From positions 64,760 through 128,759 of the forward strand of contig CAMBFG010000006.1 of NCBI GenBank assembly GCA_945865925.1: a DNA stretch of 64,000 nucleotides, given 5' to 3'. The stretch is from Dehalococcoides mccartyi. Its GTDB lineage: Bacteria > Chloroflexota > Dehalococcoidia > UBA2979. Both the position numbers and the translations under genes were made by a program. Positions 56,427-64,000 of the stretch are shown one piece after another. The notes below the pieces were generated by a model. It did no database searches. It saw only the letters and a list, made by a program, of their open reading frames with translations, and was not told the origin of the DNA. Numbering within the stretch: the first letter of the stretch is position 1; each line of letters begins with the position of its first letter.

Positions 56427-57743
56427 CTACAGCACCGCGAAGGAGAGGGTGCCGGCGACGCGTCCCTGCAGCGACCACGGTGTGACCTGGTCGACGGTCA
56501 CGCGCACGAGGTCGCCGATGCGGTTGGTGGCGTCGAAATGGACCAACTGGCCTCGGCGCGTGCGGCCGGTCGAGCGGCCATCCTGCTCCGACTCCACGAG
56601 GACCTCGACGGTCTGGTTGAGCAGGCGCTGGTTGATGCGCGTGGCAGAGGCGGCGTGCAGGCCCTCGATCACCTGAAGGCGGGCCTTCTTCACCTCGCGC
56701 GGGACGTCGTCCGCCATGTTGCGATGGGCGAAGGTGCCGGGGCGCGGCGAGTAGGCGGCGACGTGGATCGTGTCGAACTGCGTGCGCTCAATGAGGGCGA
56801 CGGTGTCCGCGAACTCCTCGTCCGTCTCGCCGGGGCAGCCGACGATGACGTCCGTGACGATGGCGGCGTCCGGCATGCGCGTGCGGATGCGGGCCACGCG
56901 CTCCTCGAACTCCGCGAGGGTGTAGCCGCGACGCATGCGCTCCAGCATCGAGTCCGAGCCGGACTGCACGGGGATGTTGAAGTACTCGCAGACCTTTGGC
57001 TGGTCGGCGACGGCATCGATGATGCGGCCGGTCATGTCCTTCGGGTAGGACGTGAGGAAGCGCACGCGCTTCACGCCGTCGATCGCGTCGATGCCCTCGA
57101 ACAGCGTGGCGAGGTCTGGGCGCTCTGCGAGATCGTGCCCGTAGGCCTCGACGGTCTGGCCGAGCAGCGTCACCTCGCGCACGCCGTGCTCGGCGAGGAA
57201 GCGGACCTCGTCGAGGATGTCGTCGACGGGTCGGGAGTCCTCGCGGCCGCGACGGAGCGGGACGATGCAGTAGGTGCAGAACTTGTCGCAGCCGTGGATC
57301 ACCGGCACGTAGGCCGTCGGCCCCTTCGGTAGCGAGTACGTCCGCGTCATCCCGCCAGCGAGCAGCGATCCCAGTTCGCCGTCCGAGGCGTCACGCGCCT
57401 CGGCGGCCATCGCGAGGATGCCATCGAACTGCTGGGGCCGCGCCCACTCGTCGACGACGGGGAAGCGACGGCGGAGGTCGTCCGTCTTCGGCCCGACCAT
57501 GCAGCCCATGACGACGATCTTGGCGGTGGAGCCCTCGACGCGTCGTTGCTTGAGGATGCCGAGGCGCCCGTAGGCGCGGTCCTCGGCGTGCTGACGCACG
57601 GAGCAGGTGTTGATGACGACGAGGTCAGCCGCCGTGTCGTCCTCGACCGGGTGGTAGCCGAGGCGTTCGAGCCCGGCGGCGAGTTTGAGGGAGTCGGCCT
57701 GGTTCATCTGGCAGCCGAGCGTCCAGATGTGGAAGGTGGCCAT
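56427..57743 (-). CDS. miaB: tRNA-2-methylthio-N6-dimethylallyladenosine synthase
   Basis: GCQMN..DS, NTCSVR, CDKFCTYC, QSGSD, YSPRPGT, TRAM domain. Confidence 0.95.
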   Translation of the reverse strand: MATFHIWTLGCQMNQADSLKLAAGLERLGYHPVEDDTAADLVVINTCSVRQHAEDRAYGRLGILKQRRVEGSTAKIVVMGCMVGPKTDDLRRRFPVVDEWARPQQFDGILAMAAEARDASDGELGSLLAGGMTRTYSLPKGPTAYVPVIHGCDKFCTYCIVPLRRGREDSRPVDDILDEVRFLAEHGVREVTLLGQTVEAYGHDLAERPDLATLFEGIDAIDGVKRVRFLTSYPKDMTGRIIDAVADQPKVCEYFNIPVQSGSDSMLERMRRGYTLAEFEERVARIRTRMPDAAIVTDVIVGCPGETDEEFADTVALIERTQFDTIHVAAYSPRPGTFAHRNMADDVPREVKKARLQVIEGLHAASATRINQRLLNQTVEVLVESEQDGRSTGRTRRGQLVHFDATNRIGDLVRVTVDQVTPWSLQGRVAGTLSFAVL

Positions 57744-57800
57744 CGGTCGGTCCTTTGGGGACAACGTGTCCTGGGAGTGGGGTCCTCCGGTGTATGGGGC

Positions 57801-57892
57801 TGGCGGAGGGGGAGGGATTCGAACCCTCGGTCCCGGAAACCCGAGACAAGCGCTTAGCAGGCGCCCGCACTCGACCACTATGCGACCCCTCC
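57801..57892 (-). tRNA. tRNA-Ser (GCT)
   Basis: GGAGGGG acceptor, anticodon loop CT-GCT-AA, long variable arm, GGTTCGAATCC, encoded CCA. Confidence 0.95.
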
Positions 57893-57989
57893 GAGGGCCA
57901 TGTAGGCATCCTACCGGGGGCGTCGGGATTGGGCGACAAAGACGAAGGGCCCTGCGAGGGGCCCCTCCTGACTGAGTACGAGGCGAGGG

Positions 57990-58871
57990 CTAGGCCAGCC
58001 CGCGGTCCTTCAGCACCTTCAGCATGGTGCTGCCGATGTCGCTCGGGTTCTCCACGATGGTGGCGCCGGCTTCGCGGAGCGCCTGCTGCTTCGCGGCAGC
58101 GGTGCCAGCGGCGCCGGCGATGATGGCGCCCGCGTGGCCCATCCGACGTCCCGGGGGGGCCGTCGCGCCGGCGATGAAGACGACCACGGGCTTCGACATC
58201 GTCTTGATGTACTCGGCGGCTTCTTGTTCGGCGGTGCCGCCGATCTCGCCGATGAGGACGATGGCGGCGGTGTCCGGGTCGGCCTCGAAGAGTTCGAGGG
58301 CCTTGCGCTGTGAGGTGCCGATGATCGGGTCACCCCCGACGCCGACGGAGCCGGACTGGCCGACGCCGACGCGGGTCAACTGATCGACGGCTTCGTAGAC
58401 GAGCGTGCCGGAGCGGCTGATCACGCCGACGTTGCCGGGGAGGTAGACGTCCACCGGCATGATGCCGGCACGGGACCGGGCAGCCGGGTTGATCACGCCG
58501 GGGCAGTTCGGCCCGATGAGCGTGGACTTCGAGCCGGAGAAGACGCGCTTCACCCGCACCATGTCGAGGACGGGGACGCCCTCGGTGATGCAGATGATTA
58601 CCGGGACGCCAGCGGCCTCCGCCTCCAGCATCGCGTCGGCCGCGCCGGGGGCGGGGACGAAGATCAGCGAGACGTTCGCCTGGAACTCGTCGACGGCTTC
58701 GCGCACGGTGTTACGGATCGGGACGCCGTCGATGGTCTGGCCGCCTCGGCCGGGGGTGACGCCACAGACGACCTGGGTGCCATAGTCACGGCTGTTCTTC
58801 GCTTCGCGCTGGCCGGCCGCGCCGAAGCCCTGGATCACGACGCGGCTGTTCTCGTCCATCAAGACGCCCAT
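57990..58871 (-). CDS. sucD: Succinyl-CoA synthetase alpha subunit
   Basis: [37 protein letters not shown]. Confidence 0.96.
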   Translation of the reverse strand: MGVLMDENSRVVIQGFGAAGQREAKNSRDYGTQVVCGVTPGRGGQTIDGVPIRNTVREAVDEFQANVSLIFVPAPGAADAMLEAEAAGVPVIICITEGVPVLDMVRVKRVFSGSKSTLIGPNCPGVINPAARSRAGIMPVDVYLPGNVGVISRSGTLVYEAVDQLTRVGVGQSGSVGVGGDPIIGTSQRKALELFEADPDTAAIVLIGEIGGTAEQEAAEYIKTMSKPVVVFIAGATAPPGRRMGHAGAIIAGAAGTAAAKQQALREAGATIVENPSDIGSTMLKVLKDRGLA

Positions 58872-58920
58872 GGGGAGTCTCCTTCTCTGCTCGTACGGTT
58901 CGAGGTGCCCTCGGTGCTTG

Positions 58921-60081
58921 CTACTTGACGGCGGCGACGACGCGGCGCGCGGCGTCCGCGAAGCCGTCGGCGCGGATGAGTTCCACGGGCGAGGCATCGA
59001 GGATGCGCAGGCCCTCCTCGACGTTCGTGCCGGCGAGGCGGACGACGGTCGGCTGCGGGAGCAGGCCCTGCGTCTTGGCGTCGATGACGCCCTGGGCGAT
59101 GACGTCCGTGCGGGCGAGGCCGCCGAAGATATTGACGAGCACGGCCTTCACGTCCGGGTCCGTGCCGATGATGCGGAGTGCGGCGACGACGGCCTCGGGG
59201 CTGTTCGCGGTGCCGATGTCGAGGAAGTTGGCGGCGTCACCGCCGGCCATCTTGATCGCGTCGAGCGTGGCCATCGCGAGGCCCGCGCCGTTGACGAGGC
59301 AGCCGATGTTGCCATCGAGTTTCACGTAGTTCTGGATGCCCGCGTCGTGGGCTTCGAGTTCCTTCGCGGCTTCCTGCGAGCGGTCCTGCAACTCCATGTT
59401 CGCCTTCTGGCGGTAGGCCGCGGAGTCGTCGATGGAGAACTTCGCGTCGGCGGCGAGGACACGGCCGTCCTTCGTCAGCACGACCGGGTTGATCTCGGCG
59501 ATCGAGCCGTCGCTCGCCTCGAAGGCCTTCACGAGGCCCATGATCAGGACGACCATCGGCCCGAGGGTCGCGCCCTCGAAGCCACAGGCGAAGGCGAGTT
59601 CGCGCGCCTGGTAGTCGCGGAACCCGGCGGCCGGGTCGATGTGCTGCTTGAAGATCGCGTCCGGCGAGTCCGCGGCGACGGCCTCGATGTCCATGCCACC
59701 CTGTGGGCTGGCGATGACGACGGGCATCCCGGCGGAGTTGTCGATGGCGACCGAGAGGTACACCTCTTTGTCGATGTCGATCAGTTCTTCGACGAGGACG
59801 GAACCGACGGGCAGACCCTGCGGGCCCGTCTGGTGCGTCACCAACTGCATTCCGATGATCGCCGCCGCGTGCTGCTTCGCCTCGGCGGGGGTGTTCGCCA
59901 CCTTCACGCCGCCGGCCTTGCCTCGGGCGCCGGTGTGGGCCTGCGCCTTGATCACGGCCTTCCCGCCGAGGTCGGCGGTGGCCTTTTCGGCCTCCTCAGG
60001 CGTGCGCGCGACGATGCCCTTCGGCACCACCACCCCGTACTTCGCGAGCAGCGCCTTGGCCTGGTACTCGTGCAGTTTCAT
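58921..60081 (-). CDS. sucC: Succinyl-CoA synthetase beta subunit
   Basis: [41 protein letters not shown]. Confidence 0.96.
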   Translation of the reverse strand: MKLHEYQAKALLAKYGVVVPKGIVARTPEEAEKATADLGGKAVIKAQAHTGARGKAGGVKVANTPAEAKQHAAAIIGMQLVTHQTGPQGLPVGSVLVEELIDIDKEVYLSVAIDNSAGMPVVIASPQGGMDIEAVAADSPDAIFKQHIDPAAGFRDYQARELAFACGFEGATLGPMVVLIMGLVKAFEASDGSIAEINPVVLTKDGRVLAADAKFSIDDSAAYRQKANMELQDRSQEAAKELEAHDAGIQNYVKLDGNIGCLVNGAGLAMATLDAIKMAGGDAANFLDIGTANSPEAVVAALRIIGTDPDVKAVLVNIFGGLARTDVIAQGVIDAKTQGLLPQPTVVRLAGTNVEEGLRILDASPVELIRADGFADAARRVVAAVK

Positions 60082-60238
60082 GGAGCCTCGATCCTGCGGT
60101 CGGAGGGCCCCGGCGCGGGGTCGGGCAGCCCTCGAAGGTTGCGGGGTGCGACATAAGGACGGGCCGCGAGGCGGCCCGACGGGGATGGTAGCACTGGAGC
60201 GGGTGAGGGCTAGGCTCTCGATAAGCGAGGAGTACCAA

Positions 60239-61018
60239 ATGAGCTTGTTGTTCACCATCGAGGCTGGCGCTGTCGGTGGGCTAGGTGCCATCCAGAGCGC
60301 GCAACGCGACTTCAGCCCGTATTTGATGCACCTAACGAGCTGGTCCTCGATGACGCCTGTCCGGAACGAATTGAGATCGCTGCAGCAAGCAGTCCCCTTC
60401 AGTGCCACATTGTTTAGGCAATATCTCGCGACCGCCGATAAGGACTCGCAAGGCGTATTCGATGCGATTCGGAATTCTGGTGCTCTCTCGGTTCGTCGTT
60501 TCAGTCCAGCACTTGCCCCTGCAGTGTGCCTCACGGAATGCACACTTCCTGGGCTATTGGATCATTCGGCGAGGTATGGCCGGTTCGGATTCCTTATCCC
60601 CAAGCAGCAGGTATTTGCTCGAGGAGGCGCGCCCGTAGCCTACCTAAAGGCGAATGAGCGATGGGATCTTGAGCAGGCCGGGCGCACGAATGGGATCCTT
60701 TCGACTCTGTGGAATCGGTCGAACGTGTATCGTCCACCGGGTCAAGGAGGAACCGTGCAGGACTACACGCATGAGCGAGAATGGCGCTGCCCGGTCGACA
60801 TACCAATGAACGATGTGGCCGCGTTTATTGTGCCTACGCCGGCGTTCGCGTTGCAGGTGAACGCAACGATCCCAGTCCTTCCGCTCACGCTGTTTATGAG
60901 CTTGGACTCTAGTGTCCGGAATCCCCTCGCTGGTGGTGATGTGCCATTAGACACTCCCTCACCCTTCGAACACCACGGCCCGCGTCTCCACCCCACCCGC
61001 GAGGAAGCCGAGGGCTAA
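60239..61018 (+). CDS. AbiGi-like / ADP-ribosyltransferase-fold putative defence protein
   Basis: YLMHLT, AVCLTE, H..RYG.FGF...K, GG.PV.Y, DYTHEREWR; GAGGAG SD; AT-richer than flanks. Confidence 0.72.
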   Translation: MSLLFTIEAGAVGGLGAIQSAQRDFSPYLMHLTSWSSMTPVRNELRSLQQAVPFSATLFRQYLATADKDSQGVFDAIRNSGALSVRRFSPALAPAVCLTECTLPGLLDHSARYGRFGFLIPKQQVFARGGAPVAYLKANERWDLEQAGRTNGILSTLWNRSNVYRPPGQGGTVQDYTHEREWRCPVDIPMNDVAAFIVPTPAFALQVNATIPVLPLTLFMSLDSSVRNPLAGGDVPLDTPSPFEHHGPRLHPTREEAEG

Positions 61019-61150
61019 CCGTCCCTCGCACTCGACGGCGGTGCGGTCGCGCTTCGTCCAACCGGTGAACGGGATGACCTTGAGGGTGGCGGCCAAGGCT
61101 CGGCGTCTTTCGTTCGCCCTCCACGGGGGCCGCTCGTATTCTCCCATCAC

Positions 61151-61666
61151 ATGACCCGAATCCTTGTCGTTGGTGACACGCACGTCCGGCAATGGGACGA
61201 CGCACACCCCGCGTTGCGCGAGGCGATTCGTGGCGCCGATATCGCCATCCACTGCGGGGACTGGGTCACCATGGCGGCCGTCGAGGGGTTCCGGGCGGAG
61301 GCGCGGCAGGCGGTGGTGGTGCATGGGAACTCGGACTACGTCGAGGTGCGCAAGGCGCTGCCGTATCGCGAGATGATCGAGGTGGACGGGGTGCGCATCG
61401 GTGTCACGCATCCGGCGTGGGGCGGGCCGGAGCCGGACCCGCCGGCGCTGCTGCCGGACTTCCCCGCGGAGTTGTTCGGGCGCCTCGATGTTGTCGCGTA
61501 CGGGCACATCCACGTGCCGATGGACGAGGTGCGCGACGGGATGCAGTACGTGAACGGCGGGCAGGGGTACCCCTCGTTCCGCGTGCCGGGAACCATCGCG
61601 TGGATCGAGACGAAGCCGGGCGGGCTGTTCACCGTCAGCATCGAGACGTTCGCGGCGCTGTTGTAG
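61151..61666 (+). CDS. YfcE/MJ0936-family metallophosphoesterase
   Basis: GDTH, HCGD, GNSD, GHIH.P, NGG. Confidence 0.9.
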   Translation: MTRILVVGDTHVRQWDDAHPALREAIRGADIAIHCGDWVTMAAVEGFRAEARQAVVVHGNSDYVEVRKALPYREMIEVDGVRIGVTHPAWGGPEPDPPALLPDFPAELFGRLDVVAYGHIHVPMDEVRDGMQYVNGGQGYPSFRVPGTIAWIETKPGGLFTVSIETFAALL

Positions 61667-61669
61667 GGG

Positions 61670-61885
61670 TCAGCGCGAGCGATTGCGGTGGCGCATCGCC
61701 CCACCGCCGCCACCCCCGCCCATCATCGATACGCCGAGGATGAAGCCGAACTGGTACCAACCGCCGTCACGGCCGACGTTGTAGACCGGGTAGCGCTCCC
61801 AGATGTCGAAAACATGCAGGATGAGCAGCCCGAACGACGTCACGCCGTTCCATACTCCCCACAGCACGTCCCAGAGCACATCCAT
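61670..61885 (-). CDS. Small membrane protein
   Basis: G.W.G....Y......WY.FGF.LG and Gly-rich tail; TAGGCT 6 nt upstream of ATG. Confidence 0.7.
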   Translation of the reverse strand: MDVLWDVLWGVWNGVTSFGLLILHVFDIWERYPVYNVGRDGGWYQFGFILGVSMMGGGGGGGAMRHRNRSR

Positions 61886-62005
61886 GCGGCAAGCCTAGTC
61901 CTCTTCGAGGGTAGCCCGGACGCCGGGCGCGCAGGCAGCCTCGAACTCGGGGGGACTCGTAGCCGACCGCTTCGGCGAGCGGCCTTGGTGTCGTATCTTC
62001 GACGA

Positions 62006-62093
62006 GGAGGGGTGCCGGAGTGGCCGAACGGATCCGTCTTGAAAACGGACGGCGCGCGAGTGCCCGTGGGTTCGAATCCCACCCCCTCCGCCA
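62006..62093 (+). tRNA. tRNA-Ser (TGA)
   Basis: GGAGGGG acceptor, TCCGT-CT-TGA-AA-ACGGA anticodon arm, long variable arm, T-loop, CCA. Confidence 0.95.
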
Positions 62094-62128
62094 TGGCCCT
62101 CAGGGCCTCCCGTCAGGTCGGAGGACGG

Positions 62129-62506
62129 ATGATGGTTGCCAGCGAAGGCTTTGCTGAGTTCCTGCGCGAGGAACTCGCTCCGCTTGGCCGCGTCACCATG
62201 CGGCGCATGTTCGGTAAGACCGGCGTGTTCTGCGACGGGCTGATGTTCGGGATGGTGACGAACGACACGCTCTACTTCCGGGTTGACGACGACAACCGGG
62301 CGATCTTCAAGGAAGCAGAATCCGTCCCGCCCCTCAACTACGAAAAGCAGGGCCGCACGATCGACCTCTCGTTTTGGCGTGCGCCGGAGCGGCTGCTCGA
62401 CGAACCCGATGAGCTGGTCAGGTGGGCGCAAGTCGCGCTGGCGGCGGCAGGTCGGGTAGCGGCGAAGCGAGAACGGACAGCGCCCAGGCGAAAGCCAGCT
62501 TCGTGA
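62129..62506 (+). CDS. TfoX N-terminal domain protein
   Basis: RRMFG..GVF.DG.MF.....D.LY.RVD, S.W..P...LD....L..W. Confidence 0.85.
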   Translation: MMVASEGFAEFLREELAPLGRVTMRRMFGKTGVFCDGLMFGMVTNDTLYFRVDDDNRAIFKEAESVPPLNYEKQGRTIDLSFWRAPERLLDEPDELVRWAQVALAAAGRVAAKRERTAPRRKPAS

Positions 62507-62550
62507 CTCGCGATCTGAGGCCTCAGCGAGCAGCCGAGGCCTGAGCGAGG

Positions 62551-62793
62551 CTAGCGAGGGCTGCGTCGCAGCGTCTGCGTCAGGACAACCGCCCACAGCG
62601 ACCACTGCAACAGCACCGAGACTGCGGTGAGCCAGAGGCGCAGGGTCAGGAACACCACGAAGAAGATCGCCAGCATCACGACGAGCGTCGCGGTCGTCGC
62701 GGCGGGCGGCTTCTCGGTCGCGCGGATCGCCGGGACGATCCCACCAGCGAGCACGAACCCACCCACGAAGAGCACGATGTCCTGCCAGGCCAC
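62551..62793 (-). CDS. Small hydrophobic membrane protein
   Basis: Three hydrophobic segments; GGAGG SD before GTG. Confidence 0.65.
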   Translation of the reverse strand: MAWQDIVLFVGGFVLAGGIVPAIRATEKPPAATTATLVVMLAIFFVVFLTLRLWLTAVSVLLQWSLWAVVLTQTLRRSPR

Positions 62794-62865
62794 CGGCGCC
62801 TCCGTCCTGCGCCTCGAATCATCGAGGGCGAGGCGGGGAGGCGCCAGCCGGCCCCTCGATGCGGC

Positions 62866-63015
62866 CTAGCGACCGGTGCGGTGGCGATGGATGGCCGAGG
62901 GGCCGTGCGGGCACGGTGGGCCGATGAGGTCCTTGAACAGTTCCTGCTCGATCCGGCAGTCGTCGCAGCGAGCCACGGTGACGCGCTGGCCGAGGTGTCT
63001 CAAGTCGTGAGGCAT
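62866..63015 (-). CDS. 49-aa Cys/His-containing small protein
   Basis: GGAAGGAG SD before ATG 63015; CDDC...CPH. Confidence 0.5.
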   Translation of the reverse strand: MPHDLRHLGQRVTVARCDDCRIEQELFKDLIGPPCPHGPSAIHRHRTGR

Positions 63016-63147
63016 ATGCGTGCTCCTTCCTGCGTTCCAGATTCGCCCTCGGGTGTGAACGCCCGATGTGGGTGCCGTGATCACCTCGTCAACGTTCGGA
63101 ATCTGACAGATATCCCTCGTGTCTCATTTCCTCGGTGAAACCCCGAT

Positions 63148-63175
63148 TCAAGGTGCACATGCGCCCGACCGATAG
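63148..63175 (+). promoter_or_regulatory. Probable sigma-28 (FliA/WhiG) promoter
   Basis: TCAAG-N15-ACCGATAG upstream of the HDOD gene. Confidence 0.6.
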
Positions 63176-63208
63176 TGCTGGGGAGACCCGCAGCAGGGAG
63201 GCGCGCGC

Positions 63209-64000
63209 GTGCTGAGCAGGACTGAGCCACACCCAGACATCGACGTGCTGATCGGCGAAATCTCCGACATGCAGCCGCTGCCGGTGGTCGCCGTCCGCGT
63301 CCTGGAGATCGCGGATGGCCAGCAGTTCTCCGCGCACGAACTGTCGCAGGCGATCGCCGCCGACCAGGCGCTGACCGCGAAGGTGCTGCGTCTCTCCAAC
63401 TCCGCTTACTACGGCTTCCCGAGGCGCATCACGACCGTCCGCGACGCCGTGGTGCTGCTCGGCTTCCGCGCGGTGCGTTCGGCCACGCTTGCCTCGTGCG
63501 TCATCGAAACCGTGCCAGGCGGCAAGGTGCTCGACCCGATGGAGGCGTGGCGGTACTCGATGGTGGTGGGGCTGCTGGCGGAGGTGCTGGCGCGTGCCTC
63601 GAAGCGCCACCAGGACGAGGCGTTCACGGCCGGCATCCTGCACAACATCGGACGGCTCGCGCTCGACCAGCACCGCCCGACGAAACTCGCCGAGGCGAAG
63701 CGCATCGCCGAGGAGCGTGGCATCACCGCCGCCGAGGCGGAGCACGAAGTCTTCGGCTTCACCTCCTCGCAGATGGGTGGGGCACTCGCCCTCCACTGGA
63801 ACTTCCCTGCCGACCTCGCCGCGGTCGTCGCAGGGCACCAGCTGGACCTGGACGCGCTGCCCGACCCGCAGTCGCTCTCGGCCTACGTCATCCGCGCCCG
63901 CTTCTTCGCGCGCGCGGCGGGCATCACGGACGGCTTCGAGTCCCCGCTCGCGGAGCACGGCTCCGACGTGTGGGCGGACGCCACCGTGCAGAAGCAGATG
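63209..64000 (+). CDS. HDOD domain protein (3'-truncated by window edge; missing from the ORF track)
   Basis: Read directly: PLPVVAVRVL...D.ALTAKVLRLSNSAYYGFPRRITTVRDAVVLLGF...AFTAGILHNIG...HWNFP. Confidence 0.9.
   Translation, partial: MLSRTEPHPDIDVLIGEISDMQPLPVVAVRVLEIADGQQFSAHELSQAIAADQALTAKVLRLSNSAYYGFPRRITTVRDAVVLLGFRAVRSATLASCVIETVPGGKVLDPMEAWRYSMVVGLLAEVLARASKRHQDEAFTAGILHNIGRLALDQHRPTKLAEAKRIAEERGITAAEAEHEVFGFTSSQMGGALALHWNFPADLAAVVAGHQLDLDALPDPQSLSAYVIRARFFARAAGITDGFESPLAEHGSDVWADATVQKQM

Noticed and set aside
61010..61121. attC-like inverted ends (GAGGGCTAAC ... GTTCGCCCTC) after the AbiGi-like gene
   Set aside because: The R boxes deviate from consensus, no pairing L boxes are found, and there is no integron integrase or second cassette in the window
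60959..61147. Possible short minus-strand ORF or gene remnant overlapping the AbiGi-like tail
   Set aside because: No recognisable motif or start signal
57801..62093. Near-identical 3' ends of two oppositely oriented tRNA-Ser genes as att sites or an invertible segment
   Set aside because: Both are complete isoacceptor genes; the similarity is ordinary paralogy and no recombinase is present
1..64000. CRISPR arrays, rRNA, IS elements, prophage genes
   Set aside because: No regularly spaced repeats, rRNA signatures, transposase or integrase motifs detected by eye

Overview
GC-rich bacterial chromosomal segment made mostly of housekeeping genes, with most genes on the minus strand. The short EF-Ts, nusA without rimP, a DUF5679-type zinc ribbon and tandem fabF suggest Chloroflexota/Dehalococcoidia (inference). 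Core blocks are tyrS, recJ, fabD-fabF-fabF, nnr-acpS, folD-prfB, an inositol-lipid cluster (ino1, two acyltransferases, a PHP phosphatase, pimA-like, pgsA-like), nusA-ylxR-infB-rbfA-truB, proS, rpsB-tsf-frr-cdsA-dxr-rseP-ispG, nadA/B/C with nrtR, miaB, sucCD and two tRNA-Ser genes. There is also a perfect parS site. Several AT-richer accessory genes are wedged between core genes without any integrase or transposase. The most notable are (i) a stand-alone UG/Abi-like reverse transcriptase (YADD, atypical PQD motif, apparently frameshifted or split C-terminus) inserted between fabF and recJ, and (ii) an orphan AbiGi-like ADP-ribosyltransferase-fold gene. Three other accessory blocks are bracketed by decayed in-frame duplicates of the neighbouring core gene's 3' end, which suggests a recurrent gene-end integration route. 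No CRISPR array, rRNA or IS element was seen.
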